DNA of 64,000 nt, from NCBI GenBank assembly GCA_963691875.1, contig OY829846.1:3552001-3616000 (forward strand), given 5' to 3'. How positions within the stretch are numbered: the first letter of the stretch is position 1; each line of letters opens with the position of its first letter. Positions 1 to 13,267 of the stretch are shown here, one piece after another. Origin of the DNA: Aureliella sp. GTDB taxonomy: Bacteria > Planctomycetota > Planctomycetia > Pirellulales > Pirellulaceae. Below the pieces are notes generated by a model. The model saw only the letters and a program-made list of their open reading frames with translations. It was not told the DNA's origin and searched no databases. Both the position numbers and the translations under genes were made by a program.

Positions 1-190
1 CGATTGCCTAGGGGCCTGACTCTTAAATCACTTCAAGTGTGACTCTGGCGGAGCCGACAAGAATGATTCGAGGAAGTTGTTCCAAGGGAGAAAGCAGACC
101 ATCGAGCATCAATGCTCAGGACGCCGAGAACTTGAAAGCGAATTTCCGTCGAAAGCCTTGCTTTCGCAAGATTTGCCGCCGAAATTAATC

Positions 191-218
191 TTGTGCTGGT
201 TGGTGCCGCCGATACACT
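191..218 (+). promoter_or_regulatory. Putative sigma70 promoter for the tRNA-tuf operon
   Basis: TTGTGC-N16-TACACT about 80 nt upstream of the first tRNA; 16-bp spacing is typical of stable-RNA promoters. Confidence 0.45.
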
Positions 219-300
219 ATGCCCTTCCGGAATTACACCTAGGACGAGTCTAGGCAGATTGAGAGGTCTATCCTGACCACGTTAGATTGCCTATTTTCGC

Positions 301-373
301 GCCAACATAGCTCAGTTGGTAGAGCTGCTGATTTGTAATCAGCCGGTCGGGGGTTCGAGTCCCTCTGTTGGCT
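301..373 (+). tRNA. tRNA-Thr(UGU)
   Basis: GCCAACA/TGTTGGC acceptor stem, anticodon loop TTTGTAA, GGTTCGAGTCC T-arm. Confidence 0.97.
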
Positions 374-405
374 CTTGTTCGTTCCTGTGCATTCAGGAAT
401 GAACC

Positions 406-486
406 GGGAGGTTGCCCGAGTGGTTAAAGGGGACGGACTGTAAATCCGTTACTTCGGTTTCGCAGGTTCGAATCCTGCACCTCCCA
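406..486 (+). tRNA. tRNA-Tyr(GUA)
   Basis: GGGAGGT/ACCTCCC acceptor stem, CTGTAAA anticodon loop, long variable arm, GGTTCGAATCC. Confidence 0.97.
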
Positions 487-627
487 TTGGCGAACCTAAA
501 CCAGATTGGCAAACTGTAGAGACAATTTGTCAAGCTATACGTTGCCTGGACATCATCGGATGGTCAGCAGCGGGCTCCAACCCGAAGTCGTTTTTCAAGC
601 GTTTTCGGGGTCGGTCAAAATCGAGAA

Positions 628-698
628 GCGGGTGTAGCTCAATGGTAGAGCAGCAGCCTTCCAAGCTGAATACGAGGGTTCGATTCCCTTCACCCGCT
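628..698 (+). tRNA. tRNA-Gly(UCC)
   Basis: GCGGGTG/CACCCGC acceptor stem, CTTCCAA anticodon loop, GGTTCGATTCC. Confidence 0.97.
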
Positions 699-706
699 CT
701 CCCCAA

Positions 707-778
<72 letters not shown>

Positions 779-947
779 CTAGGTTGACTAGGCACGGATA
801 TTGCACAGACTAGTGCCCGCCCTAGAAGGCAGCCTAGCCAAAGTGCCAATATGGCAAAAGGTTTGTTTCAGTCGATCCAGTAACCCCAAGTGTGGTGTGA
901 TCACCCACATTATTTTGATCTTCAGTTTTGATCTTAGGTAGCGAACA

Positions 948-2138
<1,191 letters not shown>

Positions 2139-2291
2139 TCCTCGATCGTCATAGTCGGGCTTTTTCACGCCTGACTATGATGCTTAGTGAGGAGAAAAGA
2201 GACATGGCTGTCGTAGGTATTTTTACGGCAGCCTGTTTTTCCTTAGCCCTGCGTTTTCGGCTTTTTTAGATGGCCTAAATGTGGGATACTC

Positions 2292-2364
2292 AGGGGTGTA
2301 GCTCAATTGGCAGAGCACTGGTTTCCAAAACCAGCGGTTGCGGGTTCAAGTCCCTCCGCCCCTG
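2292..2364 (+). tRNA. tRNA-Trp(CCA)
   Basis: AGGGGTG/CGCCCCT acceptor stem, TTCCAAA anticodon loop, GGTTCAAGTCC; usual position before secE. Confidence 0.96.
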
Positions 2365-2428
2365 CTTTGCACGATACATGACCTGCTCCGCTTAAAGAGC
2401 AATCACCTGGACTAGCAAAAAAGACAAC

Positions 2429-2887
2429 ATGTCCAAAGATAGTGCCATCACCTCCCGACCCTTGATGCAAGAGATGTTTGCATCCGGGCTGTACAAGCCA
2501 AATCAGGGCCGCATGGTCCGCCAGATTACTTGCTTGGTGATTTGGCTGATTGTGGCGGTTGCAGCCTGGCGTTTCCATTCGCTCTTCATCGGTCCATGGT
2601 TTGTAAAGGCCATGGCGGAGAACGGGATTGTTCCTGGTTACATTAGTGCTGTGGTGTTGGGCGTGCTAGGCATTTGGTTCGGATACCGTCTCGTGAACTG
2701 GCCGAAGTTCGCAGACTTCCTGATATCTGTAGAAGCTGAGTTAAACAAGGTTTCGTGGCCCACGCAAAAGGAGTTAGTTAGAGCTTCCTTGGTGGTGATT
2801 TTCACAATCCTGTTTTTGTCGGCGATACTTTTTGGATACGATGCATTTTGGAGTTGGTTGTTCGGACTTTTAGGGGTCGGACGATAA
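2429..2887 (+). CDS. secE: Preprotein translocase subunit SecE
   Basis: EAELNKVSWPT motif followed by a TM helix; synteny tRNA-Trp/secE/nusG. Confidence 0.93.
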   Translation: MSKDSAITSRPLMQEMFASGLYKPNQGRMVRQITCLVIWLIVAVAAWRFHSLFIGPWFVKAMAENGIVPGYISAVVLGVLGIWFGYRLVNWPKFADFLISVEAELNKVSWPTQKELVRASLVVIFTILFLSAILFGYDAFWSWLFGLLGVGR

Positions 2888-3002
2888 CTTCCCAAGGCCC
2901 TCGTGAGCGTTCGCGAGGCACAAAGAATAAGTTTCTTCCTTGCCAGGAGGTGGCAGCGGTGACATGCACCGCGATCGTTTGTACTGGCGTGGGGATTTAG
3001 GC

Positions 3003-3596
3003 GTGAGTGAAACAGAAGAACAGTCAGATTCGCCAACCGATGGTGTCTCGTCCGATATGGACTGGTACATCATCAAAGTTGCATTCAATCGTGAGGATAG
3101 CATTCGCGATTCCTTGCTGAAGCGAATCAAGCTGGCCGGCCTCGAAGGCCACTTTGGTGAGATTCTTGTCCCTACCGAAGATGTTGTCACGTTCACTCGC
3201 AACGGTAATCGCCGCGTTGTCAAACGCAAACTCTATCCGGGTTACATCATGGCCTACATGGCCATCAATGATGACTCCTGGTTCTTGGTTAGGGAGACCC
3301 CCGGCGTCGGTGACTTCACTGGCTCCGGTGGCAAGCCTACTCCGATGGATCCACACGATGTGGAGAAAATCGTGAAGAAGGACGAGCCTGACGAAGACGA
3401 AGGAGAAGCCGCCATCAAGACCTCGATCCCACACAAGCTGGGTGATCGAGTTCGTGTGAAGGAAGGCAATTTCCAGAACCTGGAAGGCGAAGTGGAAAAG
3501 ATCGACGAAGCTAATGGTCGCGTCACTGTGATCATCACCATCTTCGGTCGTAGTACACCTGTGGAATTAGATCACTGGCAAATCGAAGAGCTTTAA
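3003..3596 (+). CDS. nusG: Transcription termination/antitermination factor NusG (start GTG 3003 likely; ORF open from 2940)
   Basis: WYII..., LYPGYI, ETPGVGDF, KOW region GDRVRVKEG, IFGRSTPVEL. Confidence 0.96.
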   Translation: MSETEEQSDSPTDGVSSDMDWYIIKVAFNREDSIRDSLLKRIKLAGLEGHFGEILVPTEDVVTFTRNGNRRVVKRKLYPGYIMAYMAINDDSWFLVRETPGVGDFTGSGGKPTPMDPHDVEKIVKKDEPDEDEGEAAIKTSIPHKLGDRVRVKEGNFQNLEGEVEKIDEANGRVTVIITIFGRSTPVELDHWQIEEL

Positions 3597-3738
3597 AAAG
3601 CATTCGCAAGTCAGAACTGAACGCCACGACATTACCGAAGCTTTGAATCAACTGATTGATCTCCAAAGCAGAACTCGAAAAACAATATTGTTATAGACCC
3701 GTTTGTCGTTTCATCGCGACAGACAACTGGAGTTTTAG

Positions 3739-4164
3739 ATGGCGAAACAACTTGTTGGACAAGCCAAATTCCAAGTGCCCGGCGGGCAGGCGACGCCTGC
3801 TCCGCCTGTGGGTACATCGCTTGGTAAGTTTGGCGTAAACCTTGGGCAGTTTGTCTCCCAGTTCAACGAAAAGACAAGGGAATACAACGGTACGCCGATT
3901 CCTGTCATCGTTTCCGTTTACTCGGACCGAACCTTCGACTTTGTCACCAAGAGCCCTCCGGCCGCTTCCTTACTTAAGGCTGCTGCTGGTATCGCAAGTG
4001 GTTCGGGTGAGCCAAACAAGAAGAAGGTTGGCAAAGTAACGCGTGAGCAGATCCGCGAGATCTGTGACAAGAAGATGGCTGACCTAAATGCTCGCGATAT
4101 GGAGCATGCCGAACGCATGATCGAAGGCACGGCACGTAGCATGGGCTTGGAGATTGAGGGATAA
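3739..4164 (+). CDS. rplK: 50S ribosomal protein L11
   Basis: [20 protein letters not shown]. Confidence 0.99.
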   Translation: MAKQLVGQAKFQVPGGQATPAPPVGTSLGKFGVNLGQFVSQFNEKTREYNGTPIPVIVSVYSDRTFDFVTKSPPAASLLKAAAGIASGSGEPNKKKVGKVTREQIREICDKKMADLNARDMEHAERMIEGTARSMGLEIEG

Positions 4165-4169
4165 TCGGC

Positions 4170-4853
4170 ATGGCTAGAGTAACCAAAGCAATGAAGGCGA
4201 TGGCCGAGAAACTTTCCTCAGTGAAAGCCCCTCAGCCACTCCCCACCGCCGTCGAACTCCTGAAGAGTTTTCCGGCGAGAAAGTTTGATCAAAGTGTCGA
4301 GATCCACATGAATCTGGGTATCGATCCTGCACAAGCCGACCAAATCGTTCGCGGTTCCGTCGTGCTTCCTCACGGTATTGGCAAGACGCAGCGTATCGTT
4401 GTGTTCGCGAAAGGTGACTTGGCCAAGGCGGCCGAGGAAGCTGGTGCGGATGCCGTCGGCCAAGATGACTTGCAAAAGAAGATCAAAGACGGCTGGACCG
4501 ACTTTGATGTGTGCATCGCAACGCCTGACATGATGGGTATGGTCGGACCACTCGGTAAGGTTCTCGGCCCGCGTGGCCTGATGCCTTCTCCGCGAGCCGG
4601 CACGGTTACGATGGACGTCGCTAAGGTCATCAAGGAATATAAGGCTGGTAAAGTCGAGTTCCGAAACGACAAGGGTGCAAACCTGCACGCCATCGTCGGT
4701 AAGCTCAGCTTCGACAACCAAAAGCTACAAGAAAACATCGAAGCTTTCCTTGAGTATGTGAACAGCCTCAAGCCTCAGAATGTCAAAGGTACGTACGTGA
4801 AGAGCGTGGCCCTCTGTGCCACGATGTCGCCAAGCGTTCGCGTTGCCGCTTAA
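4170..4853 (+). CDS. rplA: 50S ribosomal protein L1
   Basis: [30 protein letters not shown]. Confidence 0.99.
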   Translation: MARVTKAMKAMAEKLSSVKAPQPLPTAVELLKSFPARKFDQSVEIHMNLGIDPAQADQIVRGSVVLPHGIGKTQRIVVFAKGDLAKAAEEAGADAVGQDDLQKKIKDGWTDFDVCIATPDMMGMVGPLGKVLGPRGLMPSPRAGTVTMDVAKVIKEYKAGKVEFRNDKGANLHAIVGKLSFDNQKLQENIEAFLEYVNSLKPQNVKGTYVKSVALCATMSPSVRVAA

Positions 4854-4912
4854 TCAATAGGCTGCAACTGGAACCCAAGCGACCTCAAACGCACCAATGA
4901 AATGAGATAGTT

Positions 4913-5446
4913 ATGAGTAAATACGTTAAAAACCTACTTGCCGAGGACATCAAGAGCCGGCTCGAAGGCGTTGAAGATGCCATCATCGCCGACGTCATCG
5001 CGATGGACTCGGATGCGTCCTTCCGAATCCGGAAACATTTCCGGGAGAAGGGCATTAGCATGCTCGTGGTGAAGCGAAGTATCGCGAATCGAGCATCGGA
5101 AGAAACCAAACTACGACCACTTTTCGAGCAGAAGCAAGGTTCGATTGCAGTCATTTGGGGCTGTGAAGACTTTGTCAGTCTCGCGAAAGAAGTCGCTGCT
5201 GTCTGCAAAGATGAAGATGGATTTCCCAACTTCGTCCTGAAGGGCGGTGTGATGGACGGTGACGGAATGGACGCCGCCAAAGTGATGGAAGTCAGCAAGT
5301 GGCCAAACCGCCAAGAACAGATCGCCATGCTGGTCGGTCAGATTCTCGGCCCTGGTTCACAGCTTGCTGCTCAGATCAAGGGACCTGGCTCCAAGCTGGC
5401 TAGCCAAGTGAAGAAGTTGATCGAGAATAAGGAGGGCGAAGCATAA
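4913..5446 (+). CDS. rplJ: 50S ribosomal protein L10
   Basis: Position between rplA and rplL; KGGVMDG, SKWPNRQEQIAML. Confidence 0.93.
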   Translation: MSKYVKNLLAEDIKSRLEGVEDAIIADVIAMDSDASFRIRKHFREKGISMLVVKRSIANRASEETKLRPLFEQKQGSIAVIWGCEDFVSLAKEVAAVCKDEDGFPNFVLKGGVMDGDGMDAAKVMEVSKWPNRQEQIAMLVGQILGPGSQLAAQIKGPGSKLASQVKKLIENKEGEA

Positions 5447-5574
5447 CGCAGAACTTTCTGGATCAGTGCCTCGGGGACAAGAAGATCTGACACTGATCGC
5501 ATCAACTGATTTACGTTGAACACTTTTCAAAATAAAACACACAAATACAACTAATTTAGATAAAGGTATTTTCC

Positions 5575-5979
5575 ATGTCCGAAGAAACAGCAACTGCAGT
5601 TGCAGACGACATCAAGGCACTTGGCGACTCCATCGTTGGCTTGACACTGAAGCAGGCGAAAGAGCTCAGCGACTATCTGAAAGACGAGTATGACATCGAA
5701 GCTGCGGCGGGTGGCGCTGTCGTGATGGCTGGTCCAGCTGATGGTGGTGGAGAAGCAGCTGCCGAGCAAACTGAGTTCGACGTTGTCATGAGCAGCTTTG
5801 GCGACGCCAAGCTGAACGTGGTCAAGGTTGTGAAGAACTTGACTGGCGCTTCTCTGATGGAAGCCAAGAAGTTGGTCGAAGGCGTTCCTGCTACGATCAA
5901 GGAAAAGGTTTCGAAGGAAGACGCCGACAAGCTGAAGGCCGAACTGGAAGAAGCTGGCGCAACCGTAGAACTCAAGTAG
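5575..5979 (+). CDS. rplL: 50S ribosomal protein L7/L12
   Basis: Ala/Gly hinge, [34 protein letters not shown]. Confidence 0.99.
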   Translation: MSEETATAVADDIKALGDSIVGLTLKQAKELSDYLKDEYDIEAAAGGAVVMAGPADGGGEAAAEQTEFDVVMSSFGDAKLNVVKVVKNLTGASLMEAKKLVEGVPATIKEKVSKEDADKLKAELEEAGATVELK

Positions 5980-6023
5980 TTCGCTGTAACTGACCAACGT
6001 CAGCCATATCGCCAAAACAAAAT

Positions 6024-6067
6024 AAAAAGCCAGGCGAGGAATATCGATTCCTCGCCTGGCTTTTTTT
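6024..6067 (+). terminator. Intrinsic terminator ending the r-protein operon
   Basis: AAAAAGCCAGGCGAGGAAT / ATTCCTCGCCTGGCTTTTTTT perfect stem plus T7 tract. Confidence 0.9.
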
Positions 6068-6273
6068 GCTGGAGCCCTAGCTTCAGCCGACGGAAGTTCG
6101 ACATCGAACTTTCCCCGTTTTTCATGACCGCAGCAATAGATGGACTACACTCTACGGCGCGCCGGCGCGTCGTGCTTGTATTCGATGACGCGAAAAACCC
6201 GCTTCTCCAACATCGCTCTGTTATGCTCGGCAGCTCGTAAAGGTTCCATGCTGACGTCTTAGACGCCTTAGTA

Positions 6274-7998
6274 TTGCCCCGCCTACCGGCCCAGCTTCCC
6301 CAAACGCTGCCCCAATGCTCGGGAACACATTCGTGTTCTCAAAGGATAAGCCTTATCTTGTATCGGTTCCTACCTTGCGTTGTTGCGATTGCTGCATCCA
6401 ATATTTTTTCCGCACATTTGTGGGCGCAAGACGACATACAACGTGCGGGTGCTGTGCAAGACGTCGTAATGAAACCCATCGATCTGGAAGCTGCTGCTAC
6501 CTGCATGGAAATGTCGGAAGACGGAAAGTTTCTAGCGATTGGGCACGAAAACGACAACTTGGTGACCGTCTACGACGTAGCCGCCGGAGTCGTCTCAGCG
6601 GAAATTGAATGCCCTGCGCCTCGGAACGTCTTGTGGCGCCGGAATGAAATCATTACTGCTAGCCGCAATGAAGGCGTTATCCGCTTCTTTACCTGCCGCA
6701 ACGGAGATTGGCGGCAGTCGCGAGAATGGCGCGTTCCGAAGGCGGGGGTTGTGCATATATCAACCGCAGGTGGAAAGCACTTTAAGAAGCAACTGTTTGT
6801 AACATGCCATGGTGCAGGCTCACAAGCCTCTTATCAGGACAGTCAGGTTTATGTGACGAACGCCGCAGGTAAGTTTGTGCCAATTTCGAAGTGTGCGCTG
6901 GGAACAACGAGCTATGACGGAAAGCTCTTCATTAACCATGAGTCTTTCAATTTAAGCAGTGGCGGCAGGGTAACTGGGTACTTGACCCAAGAGTTCATCC
7001 GCATGGGCGATCGGGAGTCACGCCGGATTCTGACAGGGAACGCCCAGAGCAACACTCACCTGTAACAGATTTCCGCAAGCGGATACTGGTTCGGTCGCGA
7101 CGCAGTCCTCGGCGGTACCCCCTTAACGCGACTGCCTGGAGACTGGGGAAATCTGATTCTTGCAGATCGGACTCAGAAACTGATATACGTCGTTTCCGAT
7201 TCTGTTATCACCTGCCGAAAACTTTCTACATCAGAAATTGACGTCCGCCGACTAGTGGTTCCCGAGGACTATCAAGGCCTTGAAAAGTTGCGGCATGGCT
7301 GGGCACACAGACGCAACTATCTGCTCGACCACCCTGAGGCGGCGACGATCGGAGGCAAGACTTACTTGTTTATCCGAGCAGCCGAGGGGGCGTTATATTA
7401 GCCGCTAAGGTCCCAGCGTTTGGCGAGCAACCTTCCTCGTCCGAACCCAAGAAAGATGAAATGGGAGTCCCCAAGCTGGACACACGACCCACGACCCACG
7501 ACGCAACTTGCTCCTTTGGGAACGGCCGCGAATGCAAAGCCGAGGACGTGGAGAAACCAAACAGGAAACTTCTCGGTGGTTGCAACTTTGATAGGTCCTG
7601 ATGGCGACAAAGTGGTGCTGAAACGAGCGGACAATGATGCTGAAATTAGAGTTGCCGTTTCATCTCTCAGTTCGACAGACGTCAGCTACTTGGAACGCCA
7701 ACAGAGGCTAGCCCCACGCGTACCGCGCACGGAACCTATGGCCGAACCAAACGGCACTGAGGTCAAGAAAAAATGGCCGGCGCTTCCTGAATTCGCCGCC
7801 AAGCCGAGAATTTGGACCAGCAAGTCAGGCTTCACTGTCAAAGCGACATTGATTGAACCAGCAGGTGACAGCATCAGAATGCGTCGCGAGGATAACGGAG
7901 AAGAAATCACCGTGCCGGTCTCAACTTTGTCGGAAGAAGATATCGAATTTCTAAAGCGACTTGATCGCGCGGAGGGCAGGGAGCCCAACGGCCTGTGA
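6274..7998 (+). pseudogene. Disrupted secreted beta-propeller-like protein with two C-terminal SHD1 (SLA1 homology 1) domains
   Basis: ORFs 6274-7065 and 7420-7998 share a frame; 7066-7398 between them is open; stops TAA 7063 and TAG 7399. Two RxWxxxxGxFxVxATL...V.VS.LS..D..YL/FL repeats are SHD1-like. Confidence 0.7.
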
Positions 7999-8104
7999 AC
8001 CACGCCCTATTCGCTGGCCATCTTGAGTTTTGACTGAAAACGTTTGACACCAAGCCGTTTCAGGAGGAGCTACAACAACTGATAGCCCAGACTCGACTAC
8101 ATCG

Positions 8105-8572
8105 CTAAAACATCTTTTCGAGCACTTTGTAGTGCGGGTCGATGAAACCGTTATTGTGGTAAACGCTCTGAGCTCGAGTGTTGTCGTTCTCAACATAAAG
8201 TCTTAGGCCACGGACGTCCGGATTCTTCTTCAGCTCCTCAGTGGCATGCTGAAGCAGCAGCGTAAAAATGCCGTTTCCGCGGTGATGTTGATCCACATAA
8301 ACGCTTTGAATCCAAGCCATCCAGCCGTCGCGCCAGTCGCTCCATTCTCGAGTAAGCATCAAAGATGCTATCGCCGCGTTGGCCTCATCGCCTTTTGTTA
8401 CAGCGACAAAATAAACGGCTTCTTCACCTTGCTGTAAAGCTCGTGTGACGCCCCGCGTGACAAGCTCGCGGTCCAACTGTTTGTCTTCCGTCTCAGCAGC
8501 GATGCCGCAATTGAAATCTACGAGAGCTGGGATATCTTCTTCGGTCGCTTGTCGGACACTATAGGTAGGCAT
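8105..8572 (-). CDS. GNAT family N-acetyltransferase
   Basis: EWSDWRDG, WIQSVYV..HRGNGIF, LRLYVENDNTRAQSVY. Confidence 0.9.
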   Translation of the reverse strand: MPTYSVRQATEEDIPALVDFNCGIAAETEDKQLDRELVTRGVTRALQQGEEAVYFVAVTKGDEANAAIASLMLTREWSDWRDGWMAWIQSVYVDQHHRGNGIFTLLLQHATEELKKNPDVRGLRLYVENDNTRAQSVYHNNGFIDPHYKVLEKMF

Positions 8573-8768
8573 GACTTCAGCTTATGGACGGACGAAACGG
8601 TATTCGGATAAGTGGTGAACTGAATCAACGAACTCCCGACGATATACTCAGTCCAACAGAACCGCAACCAGTGCATCAGCCATCAAGTCGCTGTGGGATT
8701 TGTTGGCCAAATCCGCTAAGCGAGAGTTAAGCCACGCTGCATTGATGTTTCAGCGGAGCACGTCGCTG

Positions 8769-9750
8769 CTAGATGAGGTCGGCGACTTGCTGGATCCAGC
8801 CGTCCTGATTATTTTGATCGACGAGACCCAAAATCTATGAGAGCTTACCAACAATTCCATTGCCTAGTTCTCTGATCTGCTGAAGGAGGCGATGCCAAGC
8901 CGTCACAGCTTCGCAGAGAGCTCCTCGGTGATGCCTCCAATCTGAGTCAGATCATCCTGAAGGCCCTAAGGTCGAAGCAATTTCAGCCATGAATACCAAG
9001 ATGTCCGGCTGCGTCTCATCCGCCACTTTAATGACTCGCAGTCCATGAGCTCGAGCCACTGGACTAACCCGTGGCCGCTGGCGGCAATACGGCTGGATGG
9101 CGCTGACGCGCTCGCGGTTTTCAGAGTGAGGAACTGCTTCCGCGACTGTCCGTGTTCTTTTTTTTAAAGACTCGAAAGCGGCAACCTCATGACCTTCGGG
9201 CTCTTCCCTAACGCCACGCAACTCGTCGAGATCGTCAGGCTGGGCTATCCAATTTCGATTGCAAGCTCGAGGACTTGTCAACAGCATCAACCGCGATTCC
9301 TAACGCAGCATCTCCTTCTGTTTTAAGCGCATCAATTTGCTTTATCTTCTCGCCGAGCCGCTCTTCGAGAGCGTCTGCAAACTGCTCACGCTCTTCATGA
9401 AAACGAGTCAGATGAGACTGAAATTTTTTCACTCATAGATTGAACGCGCTGTGCCTTATTCTCTGCCTTATTCTCTGCCTTGTTGAGTTGTGATTGGAGT
9501 TGAGCGTTTTCCTCAATCAGTGCCTCCAGGCGTGCTTGTGTATGCGAGTCGGTTTTTGCGTCTTACTCAGCGTGGACTGCAGCTTACCAAACTTGGCTTC
9601 AAGCTATTTACGTAGCTGCTTTCGCTCTTTTTGCGTCGCAAAAGCTGTTCAAAATCTGCAGAACATTTACGAGCAATTCTCTCATCCCGACTGCGATAGC
9701 TCTAAAAATCGTTCTGTCGCTCGATAGTCACTAGCAATGCCAACTCGCAC
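8769..9750 (-). pseudogene. Decayed coiled-coil protein with a C-terminal helix-hairpin-helix (COG3743-like) domain
   Basis: Manual minus-strand translation: DDLTQIGGITEELSAKL*RLGIASF / QIRELG...KLS*ILGLVDQNNQDGWIQQVADLI*, preceded by heptad-like fragments (ARLEALIEENAQLQSQLNKAENKAENK; EEREQFADALEERLGEKIKQIDALK). The 5' limit is approximate. Confidence 0.6.
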
Positions 9751-10079
9751 CGAGACATTTCCTGCCGTCGTTACGATCATCAGAACTCTACCAAAAGCGA
9801 GGAATCACGCTTCAATGCAAACATTGACCCATGTTGCGACGCACGCACGGATCGGTTTGAACTTGTCTTCACTAGCTTTGTTTGGCTTTTAAAAAGTGAG
9901 GACAGGGTTCTCGCTAGCAAACTAAGACGGTGAAGAGCGACTGATTCTGGCCAGATTCAGGCTGTCACGATCGACAACAGCGCCCATGCATCGACTGCAT
10001 GGCTGGTATCCGAGCCTTGCATTGGTGATTTAGAAGATTCGGTTTCATACTTCTGCAGTTGAAGAGTGAAAACAGCTGA

Positions 10080-12518
<2,439 letters not shown>

Positions 12519-12548
12519 GCTAACAAACGAGAGATTTCGAAAAGAATC

Positions 12549-12588
12549 AAAACTCGCTTCGAGGATTTTCTCGGAGCGAGTTTTCTTT
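12549..12588. terminator. Bidirectional terminator between convergent katG and mntR
   Basis: AAAACTCGCTTCGAG...CTCGGAGCGAGTTTT stem flanked by A and T tracts. Confidence 0.75.
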
Positions 12589-12598
12589 GGTCGCTTAC

Positions 12599-13015
12599 TT
12601 AACCCTCATCCTTTTCCATGAAGGCTTGCATGGCTTTGAGGGTTTCTTGACTGACATGATGCTCGAGGCCTTCGCTATCAGTTTGTGCCGTTTTCTCGCT
12701 GACACCCAACGCGAGAAGAAACCGGTACACGATCTCGTGTCGCGCTTTCGCTGCCTTTGCCACCCGCTGCCCCTTAGCTGTGAGCGCAACTGGCCCGTAA
12801 GGCTCTGTCGTGGCATAACCGTCTCGCACTAGCCGACCGATTGCCTTGCTGACGGTGACATGGCTGACACCGAAGTGCCGAGATAAATCCACGGCGCGGC
12901 ACTGGCCACTGCTTTCAGCAATCTCAGCAATTGCCTCCACGTAGTCTTCCGCGAGTTCCGTTGCGTGATCCGAACGGATTCTAGAGTGAGTTCCAGAAGC
13001 ACTAGAGCTGCTCAA
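12599..13015 (-). CDS. mntR: DtxR/MntR family manganese-dependent transcriptional regulator (short form without FeoA domain)
   Basis: ELAEDYVEAI, wHTH GVSHVTVSKAI, RHEIV..FL..LGV, DSEGLEHHVS metal-site motif typical of E. coli-type MntR. Confidence 0.9.
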   Translation of the reverse strand: MSSSSASGTHSRIRSDHATELAEDYVEAIAEIAESSGQCRAVDLSRHFGVSHVTVSKAIGRLVRDGYATTEPYGPVALTAKGQRVAKAAKARHEIVYRFLLALGVSEKTAQTDSEGLEHHVSQETLKAMQAFMEKDEG

Positions 13016-13177
13016 GGGACCTGATTCCTCCCAAGTAATTCCTTCGTCTCGACCATCATAGCGACTCGTTCCCAGATTGTCGCTCCGGCCGTTTGCCTTC
13101 CCTCTAGTGAGTGCTCAAGTCTCCCAAGGCGCACGCACAGACGGTTACTCCTAACTGCGAAAAAACGGCCTTTACCG

Positions 13178-13224
13178 AAATGTAGCCGATGCTAGAATTT
13201 CAAAATACAGCCCAGGCTAAATTT
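13178..13224. promoter_or_regulatory. Two tandem MntR-box-like palindromes
   Basis: aaatgTAGCcgatGCTAgaattt and aaataCAGCccagGCTAaattt, 25 bp apart, between divergent mntR and the DUF1559 gene; core matches the TAGC-N4-GCTA MntR operator. Confidence 0.65.
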
Positions 13225-13267
13225 CAAAGCTCGGGACAAAATCCGATTTGAAGCATCGAAATTCCGA

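Noticed and set aside
3700..3738. L1-binding autoregulatory site before rplK
   Set aside because: A hairpin (GTTTGTCG/CGACAGAC) is present, but I could not identify the L1-binding internal-loop consensus.
10017..10055. PerR/Fur/OxyR box upstream of katG
   Set aside because: Only a weak partial palindrome; not supportable by eye.
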